A DNA stretch of 32,631 nucleotides from an uncultured Eubacteriales bacterium (GTDB lineage Bacteria; Bacillota; Clostridia; Christensenellales; CAG-138): the NCBI GenBank assembly GCA_902768995.1, contig CACXNN010000002.1, forward strand, positions 1 through 32,631, written 5' to 3'. The notes below the pieces were generated by a model. It was given only the letters and a program-made list of their open reading frames with translations, had not been told where the DNA came from and did no database searches. A program made the translations under genes and the position numbers. This document shows, piece by piece, positions 25,880 to 32,631 of this stretch; position 1 is the stretch's first letter, and each line of letters opens with the position of its first letter.

Positions 25880-26117
25880 ATGAATAAGGAACAACTGATT
25901 GCTGATCTGAAGGCAATGTCCGTTCTGGAGCTGGCCGAGCTGGTCAAGGCTCTGGAAGATCAAGATCGTCCGCGAGCAGACTGGTCTGGGCCTCAAGGAA
26001 GCCAAGGCTGTGGTCGATGGCGCTCCCGCCCCCGTCAAGGAAGGCATCTCCAAGGAAGACGCCGAGAAGATCGTTGCCGCCTTTAAGGAAGTCGGCGCTG
26101 TCTGCGAGATCAAATAA
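25880..26117 (+). pseudogene. rplL: 50S ribosomal protein L7/L12 gene with an out-of-frame internal deletion
   Basis: ATG 25880 (AAGGAG SD) opens [27 protein letters not shown], then runs into nonsense until 26086. The C-terminal domain ([53 protein letters not shown]) is in another frame ending with TAA at 26115-26117. The span is 238 nt. The Ala-rich hinge and first strand of the C-terminal domain are missing. Confidence 0.8.
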
Positions 26118-26137
26118 GGTTTCGTACGAACAAATCG

Positions 26138-26166
26138 AAAGGACGGTCATTGACCGTCCTTTTTCA
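26138..26166. terminator. Bidirectional intrinsic terminator between rplL and dinB
   Basis: AAA, then stem GGACGGTC, loop ATT, stem GACCGTCC, then TTTTT. Confidence 0.85.
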
Positions 26167-27282
26167 TTTTCCAAGGTTCCGTCCGAATCGAACGGCTTCC
26201 TTTCCGAACTTCGATCGGATGCTGTCCACTGCATCATCGAGCCGCCGGCTCCTTTCCATGGCAGCTGTATCCGAGAACATGTTCAGCTGTTGAGCGCCGT
26301 CCATACTTAGGCCCGAAACGCCTACGCTCAGCATCCGTATGGGCTTTCCCGCAGGCCAGTTCTCTTGGAGCAGTTCCATGGCCGTGTCCCGGATAAGCCG
26401 GGTGCTGCAGGTATAGTCCTCCAACGCCTTCTGCCGATTGATGACCTTCAAAGAAACGTCCTTTACCTGGATTTGAACGACAGAGGCGTACAGCTTTTTG
26501 CGCCGCAGACGGGTCGCCACCTGATCGGAGATCAGCGTCAGACCCGCCATTACCTCTGCGGGGTCCACCAGATCGTGATCGAAGGTCACGTTGTGGCTGA
26601 TGCTTTTGGGCTGTTCCTCGTGACCGACGGGAAGGACGGGGGAGAGGTCCTCGCCTCGCGCGCTTTTTTGAAGCTGTACACCCGTCTTGCCCAGGAAAAA
26701 GGAGAGGGATTTGGGATCAGCCATGGCTAAATCGCCGATGGTCAGGATGCCGTGCTCCCGCAAAACGGCAGCGCCCGACCTCCCGACGAAGAGCAGCTCC
26801 TCTATGGGCAAGGGCCAAAGAAGGTCTCGGTAGTTTTCTCGGGAGATCACGGTGGTTGCGTCAGGCTTCTTGTAGTCGGAGCCCATCTTGGCAAAGGTTT
26901 TGTTGAAGGAGACGCCTACGGAGACGGTCACGCCGATCTCCTCCCGGATGCGACGCCGCAGCTCGTCGGCGATCTCACGGCCGGAACCGAAAAGGTGCCG
27001 GCTGCCCGTCACGTCCAAAAAGCTTTCGTCGATGCTGAATCGCTCCACCAGGTCCGTGTAGCTCTCATAGATGGCGTTGATCCGTTCACAAACGGCCGTA
27101 TATTTCTCATGATGTGCAGGGACCAGAAGGAGATCTGGGCATTTCTTTTTAGCGCTGTAGATGGTTTCAGCGGTTTGGATGTGATATGCCTTGGCAAGCT
27201 CGTTTTTCGCCAGGATGATGCCGTGCCGCCTGTCTTCCGGCAGAAAACCAAGGTCCATATGGCTGTGTTCAGGTTTCCACAT
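26164..27282 (-). CDS. dinB: DNA polymerase IV (Y-family), apparently missing part of the N-terminal catalytic segment
   Basis: 372 aa from ATG 27282. ...RRHGIILAKNELAKAY.IQTAETIYSAKKKCPDLLLVP..HEKY......I..IY..YTDLVE.FSIDESFLDVTG......SG..IA.ELR..I.EE.G.TVSVGVSFNKTFAKMGSDYKKPDATT.I.... is typical. Only 18 residues precede RHG, where homologues have about 40 including the D-x-N/D-S/A-F-Y-A-S-V-E block. There is no SD, and only 8 nt separate it from the upstream stop. Confidence 0.75.
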   Translation of the reverse strand: MWKPEHSHMDLGFLPEDRRHGIILAKNELAKAYHIQTAETIYSAKKKCPDLLLVPAHHEKYTAVCERINAIYESYTDLVERFSIDESFLDVTGSRHLFGSGREIADELRRRIREEIGVTVSVGVSFNKTFAKMGSDYKKPDATTVISRENYRDLLWPLPIEELLFVGRSGAAVLREHGILTIGDLAMADPKSLSFFLGKTGVQLQKSARGEDLSPVLPVGHEEQPKSISHNVTFDHDLVDPAEVMAGLTLISDQVATRLRRKKLYASVVQIQVKDVSLKVINRQKALEDYTCSTRLIRDTAMELLQENWPAGKPIRMLSVGVSGLSMDGAQQLNMFSDTAAMERSRRLDDAVDSIRSKFGKEAVRFGRNLGK

Positions 27283-27290
27283 ACAGCAAA

Positions 27291-27977
27291 TCAGATCACG
27301 ATGCCGCCGTCTACGGACAGGATCTGCCCGGTGACCATCTCCGCTTCGGCAAGGTAGCAAACGGCGTCAGCCACCTGCTCCGGCGTGATAAGCTTCCCTA
27401 AAGGTGTCTCCTCTTGAAATACAATCAGGTCTTCTTCGTTTAGAGAAGCGTTCATGGGGGAGGGGACCAGACCAGGCGCGACGGCGTTGACCCGGATATG
27501 GGATGGGGCCAGCTCCTTGGCCATGGCCTTTACAAAACCATTGAGAGCACCTTTGGAGGCGGAATAGACGAGATGGACGATAGCGCCGCCCTCCTTCTTC
27601 AGCATATGAGGGATAGCTCCTTTTGTGAGGAGCATAGCGCCCTTTACGTTGACGGAATAGAGCCTGTCCATCTCCGCTTCGCTCACTTCGCCCAGCACCT
27701 TTTGCGGCAGGGCAACGCCTGCGCAGTTCACCAGCAAATCGACGCGGCCCATGCGCTGCTCGATGGCCTTGAAAAGCGCTGTGACGTCGTTTTCTCGGGT
27801 GATATCGGCATGGCATAGAAGGACAGGCGTATCCTCCGGAAGCGTTTTTACGAGGGCCTGTGCCCTTTCAGGATGGTCATGATACTGAAGGACCAGCGCA
27901 TATCCCTTTTCACCCAGGGCTTTCGCGCATGCCCCGCCGATAACGCCGGAAGCACCGGTGATCAACGCTATCCTCAT
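27291..27977 (-). CDS. Short-chain dehydrogenase/reductase (FabG-like), lacking the segment that normally carries the catalytic Ser
   Basis: 228 aa from ATG 27977 (GGAGG 8 nt upstream; an in-frame ATG at 27983 is too close to the SD). TGASGVIGG, NCAG, YSASKGAL and PG..P motifs are present. GAIVHL runs directly into VYSASK, about 12-13 residues shorter than classical SDRs between these points. Confidence 0.75.
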   Translation of the reverse strand: MRIALITGASGVIGGACAKALGEKGYALVLQYHDHPERAQALVKTLPEDTPVLLCHADITRENDVTALFKAIEQRMGRVDLLVNCAGVALPQKVLGEVSEAEMDRLYSVNVKGAMLLTKGAIPHMLKKEGGAIVHLVYSASKGALNGFVKAMAKELAPSHIRVNAVAPGLVPSPMNASLNEEDLIVFQEETPLGKLITPEQVADAVCYLAEAEMVTGQILSVDGGIVI

Positions 27978-28040
27978 TTCCATATCCTCCCTTGTTCCTA
28001 TCCAATACTATACCCTGATTTCGCTTTTCTGTAAAGGGAT

Positions 28041-28061
28041 GGCCTGCCATGAAGGCAGGCC
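28041..28061. other. GC-rich hairpin between the DUF378 gene and the SDR gene
   Basis: GGCCTGCC-ATGAA-GGCAGGCC, a perfect 8-bp stem. No adjacent T-run on either strand, so terminator function is doubtful. Confidence 0.35.
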
Positions 28062-28072
28062 TTAGGATCAGT

Positions 28073-28282
28073 TTATTCGTCGTATTCGCCGGTATGCCGC
28101 ACGTTTCGCTGAAAGAGCATCACGATGCCCCAGATGCCGGCGATGCCGACCAAAGCGTATACGATGCGAGAGAACGTAGTCATGGAACCGAACAGTGCCG
28201 CCACCAGATCAAAGTGGAACAACCCGATAAGGCCCCAGTTCAGCGCGCCGATGACCATAATGATCAAAGCAAGTACATTCAT
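28073..28282 (-). CDS. DUF378-family small membrane protein
   Basis: 69 aa: MNVLALIIMVIGALNWGLIGLFHFDLVAALFG....SRIVYALVGIAGIW, the characteristic two-helix DUF378 pattern. Confidence 0.75.
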   Translation of the reverse strand: MNVLALIIMVIGALNWGLIGLFHFDLVAALFGSMTTFSRIVYALVGIAGIWGIVMLFQRNVRHTGEYDE

Positions 28283-28329
28283 TCCTTTGCCACTCCTTTC
28301 GACGATAGTGTTTCGTGAAAGAAGGGAAC

Positions 28330-28629
28330 TTATGCAAAAGAATAGGGATCCGTGCTGCGCTTTTTCTTTTCGGAAAGTACTTCGATTTCAAATTCGTCGA
28401 AATCCACTGATTCTATGAAATCCGCCGGTTTGAAGACAACGCGCGAAAATCGTGCAAGATCGTTCACATGCTTGCGCAGGACCACGGGACGGCACAGGTC
28501 CAGATCCTGGCACAGCTCGTGGAGGAGAGAGCTCCATCCCTCCATATCGGAAGGCCGTGCGGAAGCGAACTCCCGCACGGTCTCTCGCATGATCCTATGA
28601 TCTTGCAGTACTTTGGCCCAGATACGCAT
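28330..28629 (-). CDS. Hypothetical small cytoplasmic protein
   Basis: 99 aa from ATG 28629, which overlaps the upstream stop (TGATG). MRIWAKVLQDHRIMRETV...LDLCRPVVLRKHVNDLARFSRVVFKPADFIESVDFDEFEIEVL.... The 38 upstream codons of the track ORF overlap the preceding gene and are discarded. No family name recalled. Confidence 0.6.
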   Translation of the reverse strand: MRIWAKVLQDHRIMRETVREFASARPSDMEGWSSLLHELCQDLDLCRPVVLRKHVNDLARFSRVVFKPADFIESVDFDEFEIEVLSEKKKRSTDPYSFA

Positions 28630-30723
28630 CAGTCTTTCATCTGGAACCAGGCCGTGATGTACAAGCTGGTGCCGTCTGTGTACAAGCCGTTGAGGGTGCT
28701 GTACAGCTTGAAGGGCTTGCCCACCTGCTTGGAGGCGTCCCAATTGACCACGGCGTTGAGCACGTAGATCTTCACGGTCTCCTTGTTGCTGGTCTTGGCC
28801 TCGAAGGTAATCACGCCGGTATCCGGATCCACCTCCAGGATCTTGCCCACGAACCTGTAGAAGCCGCCGTCGGTGGGATTTTCCATGACCTTGGCGAAGG
28901 CATACCCGGTGGGCACTTCATGGTAGGAGTTGGTCTTGTTGTAGCCGCTGATGGCCTTGGCGCGATCCGCATACATGCGCGATACGACGCAGCTGGTCTC
29001 GCCTTCCTCATAGCCGTCCTTCTTGGCATGGATGGTGATGTTGGCGATGCCGTAGTGATCCTTGCCGAAGGTGACCTCAAAGGAATAGTTGCCTTCCGCA
29101 TCCACGGTGGGGGAACCGCAGGCCACAGAGGACATATATTCCGCGGCGGGCGTGGCGGTCAGGGTCGCGCCGGGGGCGGTGACACCGGTGACCGTCACCT
29201 TGTTGTTCTTGTCTGCGCGAAGCTTGTCCACGGCGGTCTCCACCGTAAGCGGCATCTTCTCGGGGATGAAGACGTAGGGCGTGACGGTGAAGGACTGGCT
29301 GGCGGATACGCAGTTGGCCTTGTTGGCCTCGACCAGCACCGTTTCAGCTTCGTCGCCGGTCAAAGTGTAGGTGTATTCGAAGCTGCCGCCGCTGGCCGTT
29401 GATGGTCACGGTCACGGTATGATCGTCCACCTTGCCCTTGATGGGCAGCTCGTTGCCTTCTCCGGCCATGATGCCTTCCTCCGGGATGTCGGCCTGGGCA
29501 GGCTCCGTGATCTCCAACTGGAGGGAGGGGAAGGTGATGTCAAAGGAATCCACATGCAAAGATTCCTGCGTGCCGTCCGCATGGGTGACAAGGATCTGCG
29601 GCGTCACCGTATAGACGGGATCCGTCAGGGTCGTGTTGGGGAAGAAGCAGGACTTGGGGATGGTCAGCAGATACGGCTGATCGGTGGCCTCGTTGTTGGG
29701 CTGCACGAAATCGTCCTGATTGGGCAGCACGATGGTCACGGTATCCCCGGGGCGAGCGGTCATGCTGATGGTGATGCAGGGGATACCCTGACCGTCCACA
29801 ATCTCCTCCAGATGGGTGACGGAATAATCTACCGGCGTCCCGGTGACAGGCGCATCGACCGGTTCGGTGTTCTGGTTGTCCACAGGGACGGTGGCCTGCT
29901 GGGCAGGGATGGTCGTTTGCGTGGCCGCTTTCTTGCCGGCGCAGTTGAACTGCAGGAATCCGGGAAGCTTGGCCTTGGTGTCGCCGCCCTTGATGTTGCA
30001 GAAAGCAACGATACCCACGATGATCAGCAGGATCGCCAACAGGCAGACGATCAGGATGGTGACGATGTTGAAATCGCTGCCGCCCTTGCGGCCCCGGCTC
30101 TGAGAGGACTTCTTCCGGCGGGGAGGCGTGGGCTCGTACTCCTCATAGCCATCGTCCTCATCGTCGTCGTAGCTGTCATCGTCGTACCCGTCGTCCTCGT
30201 CCTCGTCATCCTCATCGTCGTCCTCGTCATCTTCCGCGACGACGCGGCTCTTCTTGTTGGCGGAACGGGCAAAGCGAGTGGTCTTGGGCTCGGATTCCAG
30301 CTTTTTCACATCGCTGTCGTCCTCGTCGTAATCGTCCTCGTCGTAATCGTCCTCATCCTCGTCGTCCTCATCGTCGACGACGCGGCGCTTCTTGGCGGGC
30401 GCGGCAGCACGGGAGAACAGAGGCTTCTTGGCCGGCTTGACCTCTTCCTCATCCTCGTCGTAATCCTCTTCGTCCACATCTTCGTCGTCTTCAGGCTCCG
30501 CCACCTTCTGCGGTGCCTTGTAGCTGCTTGCACGGCGGGCCGCGGAAAAGTCGGGGGCTTTCACATTGCCCCGCCGGGGACGGGCTTCCTTCTCGACGAC
30601 CTCTTCCGCGTCGGTGGCCTGAGCTGCTTCGTCTGCATCCGTCTGATCCTTCAGATTGGCGGCGCAGACCTTGCAGAAGGTCGCGTGGTCGGGGTTGTAG
30701 GCTCCGCATTTTTTACAGATCAT
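28629..30723 (-). pseudogene. Zinc-ribbon / acidic low-complexity / single-TM / beta-rich ectodomain protein, interrupted by a 1-nt frameshift
   Basis: ATG 30723 (AAGGAGG, 8 nt spacing) opens MICKKCGAYNPDHATFCKVC.... That frame ends at 29344 after ...VTVTINGQ plus 14 nonsense codons. The frame shifted by one base continues smoothly (SGGSFEYTYTLTGDEAETVLVEA...) to 28629. The total of 2095 nt equals 3n+1. The shift lies within 29383-29400. Confidence 0.7.
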
Positions 30724-30847
30724 AAAAACTGCCTCCTTGGACATATTTACATAGAAACAGTTTAAAGTATAAAGTATGTATGTTGAGGTTTTGTTGCCGA
30801 TATATGACGAATATGTTAACATTTTCGGGACAGCCCTTCATTTTACA

Positions 30848-30876
30848 TTGTAACCAACAACTTCTTATGGTATAAA
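30848..30876 (+). promoter_or_regulatory. Putative promoter of the cysteine desulfurase-thiI operon
   Basis: TTGTAA (30848-30853), 17 nt spacer, TATAAA (30871-30876) with a TGg extended -10 element. The ~80-nt UTR contains a CTCTATG...CATAGAG inverted repeat. Confidence 0.5.
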
Positions 30877-30957
30877 TAGTGCATTGCCATGGGGCGTAAC
30901 TCTATGACGCTTTTTCGAATACCATAGAGTATACTGCGACAGGATGGGTTTTTTGAG

Positions 30958-32103
30958 ATGATTTATTTGGATAACAGCGCCACGACCCGCACGCTACCGG
31001 AGGCTGCTCAGGCATCCATGCAGGCCATGACGGAGGATTTCTACAATCCGGCGGCAGCCTACGCCTACGGGGCCCGTACGGAAAAGCGGGTGAACGAGGC
31101 TCGCGCCATCATTGCCCGGCCCCTCAGGGCGAAGCGGGAGGAGATCATCTTCACGTCCGGCGGCACGGAGAGCAACAACGCCGCCGTGTTCGGGAGCCTC
31201 AGGATGTGGCATGGACCTAAGCGGGTCATCACCACCGCGGTGGAGCATCCTTCCGTATTCGAAACGGTCCAGTCCCTGAAGCAAAGTGGGGACGTAGATA
31301 TCGTGATCCTGCCCGTGAACGAACAGGGGTATCCCGATCTGACCGCCTTGCGGGATGCACTGACGGAGAACACGGCCCTGGTGTCCATGATGCACGTGAA
31401 CAACGAGCTGGGCACGGTGACGGATCTTTCCGCCGCCGCCCGGTTGATCCGCCGGCATGCGCCCCGGGCCATCTTCCATGCGGATGGCGTACAGGCGTAT
31501 ATGAAGGTGGACACGGAGAATCTGGGCGTGGATCTCTATTCCATCTCCGCCCACAAGTTCCATGCGCCTAAGGGCGTGGGCGCCCTCTATAAGCGCAGCG
31601 GCGTCCGCTTCGCCGGGGGCCAGATGGGTGGCGGCCAGGAGAACAACCTGCGCTCCGGCACCCTGAACGTTCCGGGCATCCTTGGCATGGAGAAAGCGGT
31701 TGCCCTGTATGAGCAGAACCTGAGCGCCTGGCGGCAGAACATGTGCCTCTGTAAGCGCCGTTTGTATGATGACCTCATGGCCATTCCTGACGTGATCCTC
31801 AACGGGCCGTCCCTGGACGAAGCCGCGCCTCATATCCTGAACCTGTCCTTCATGGGGATCAGGGGAGAGGTACTACTCCACGCCCTGGAGCAGTTCGACG
31901 TATGCGTGTCCACCGGCTCTGCCTGCGCGGCTCGGAAGGCGGGGAAGAACCGTATCCTGACGGCGGCTGGCATCATCGGTCCTCGGCAGGAGGGAGCCAT
32001 CCGCTTCAGCTTCTGTCCCTTCAATACGGTGGAAGAGATGGACAAAGCGGCCCAGATCGTTTCGGAACAAGTCAAGTTTTTACGGAAATACAGGAGAAGG
32101 TAA
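30958..32103 (+). CDS. Cysteine desulfurase (NifS/IscS/NifZ class, PLP-dependent)
   Basis: 381 aa. MIYLDNSATT, ...FTSGGTESNN..., PLP-lysine motif SAHKFHAPKGVGALY, GGGQENNLRSGT, and catalytic-Cys loop STGSACA. Confidence 0.9.
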   Translation: MIYLDNSATTRTLPEAAQASMQAMTEDFYNPAAAYAYGARTEKRVNEARAIIARPLRAKREEIIFTSGGTESNNAAVFGSLRMWHGPKRVITTAVEHPSVFETVQSLKQSGDVDIVILPVNEQGYPDLTALRDALTENTALVSMMHVNNELGTVTDLSAAARLIRRHAPRAIFHADGVQAYMKVDTENLGVDLYSISAHKFHAPKGVGALYKRSGVRFAGGQMGGGQENNLRSGTLNVPGILGMEKAVALYEQNLSAWRQNMCLCKRRLYDDLMAIPDVILNGPSLDEAAPHILNLSFMGIRGEVLLHALEQFDVCVSTGSACAARKAGKNRILTAAGIIGPRQEGAIRFSFCPFNTVEEMDKAAQIVSEQVKFLRKYRRR

Positions 32104-32104
32104 G

Positions 32105-32631
32105 ATGAACAACAGCGCACTGGTGGTGAAATACGCGGAGATACATTTGAAGGGGCTCAATCGCCCCTTCTTCGAGCGCAAGCTGGTGGAGAAGATAGAG
32201 GAGACCCTTTCTGACGCCAAGCCCCGGGTGGTCCGGGAGCAGGGCCGCATCTTCGTGTACGAGCTGCCCGAGGAACACCTGGAGGAATACGCCGCACGGC
32301 TCCAGAAGGTCTTCGGCATCCATTCCGTATCCGTCGCCGCCTGCGGGGAGAAGACCTGGGAGGAGGTGCGGGCCCTGGGCATCCGCCTCATGGCGGCCTA
32401 TCGGGACGAGCCCAAGACCTTCAAGGTGTTCGCCCGCCGGGCGGACAAGCGGTTTCCCATGACCTCTGAGATGATCTGCCGGGAGCTGGGCGAAGAGCTG
32501 CTGCAGGCCTATCCCAATCTTAAGGTGGACGTGCACCATCCTGAGATCCCCTTGACCGTGGAGATCCGGCAGGACAAGGCCTTCCTGTACACCGGCGAGA
32601 TCCCCTGCGCCGGCGGCATGCCCGTGGGCAC
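32105..32631 (+). CDS. thiI: tRNA 4-thiouridine synthase ThiI (5' part; runs off the window end)
   Basis: ATG 32105 lies 1 nt after the upstream stop. MNNSALVVKYAEIHLKGLNRPFFERKL...FGIHSVSVA...TFKVFARRADKRFPMTSEMICRELGE.LL...P.LKVDVHHPE..L.VEIR.D.A......I.C.GGMPVG is colinear with the B. subtilis ThiI N-terminal ferredoxin-like and THUMP domains. The frame is open to the window end. Confidence 0.88.
   Translation, partial: MNNSALVVKYAEIHLKGLNRPFFERKLVEKIEETLSDAKPRVVREQGRIFVYELPEEHLEEYAARLQKVFGIHSVSVAACGEKTWEEVRALGIRLMAAYRDEPKTFKVFARRADKRFPMTSEMICRELGEELLQAYPNLKVDVHHPEIPLTVEIRQDKAFLYTGEIPCAGGMPVG

Noticed and set aside
28041-28061. Terminator call for the perfect 8-bp GC hairpin
   Set aside because: There is no T-run on either strand. 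I list it as a plain hairpin rather than a terminator.

Overview
GC-rich chromosomal segment with Firmicutes/Clostridia-style signals: AGGAGG-type ribosome-binding sites, TTGACA/TATAAT-like promoters and hairpin plus T-run terminators at most convergent gene junctions. An Oscillospirales-like origin is only my inference. I support about 33 protein-coding genes, one tRNA-Val(CAC), an rplJ leader, several promoters and terminators, and a few repeats. Content is mostly housekeeping: adenine deaminase, deoC, a nadD-yqeK-rsfS module, PPi-type phosphofructokinase, nagB-glmM plus a GlmU-C-like acetyltransferase, rplJ-rplL, dinB, and a cysteine desulfurase with thiI. There is also a small envelope-glycopolymer cluster (LCP, GT2-GtrA, phosphodiester glycosidase), two aldo/keto-reductase-ferredoxin paralogues, two DNA glycosylases and a solitary beta-class DNA methyltransferase. 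I see no CRISPR array, integrase, transposase, phage genes or recognisable defence island, and no convincing new multi-gene system. Five things deserve a second look. (1) Five separate ORF lesions lie within 25.4-29.4 kb: out-of-frame internal deletions in rplJ and rplL, in-frame loss of catalytic segments in dinB and an SDR, and a 1-nt frameshift in a large membrane protein. The rest of the window looks intact, so this is either an assembly problem or real decay. (2) NadD, YqeK and RsfS are encoded as one uninterrupted 516-codon ORF that still carries an internal SD and ATG in front of the RsfS part. (3) Fragments derived from tRNA-Val occur as direct and inverted repeats next to the intact tRNA gene. 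(4) The methyltransferase is an orphan with an unassigned C-terminal domain. (5) A zinc-ribbon protein has alternating acidic and basic low-complexity blocks. All family calls come from motif recognition by eye. No searches were run.
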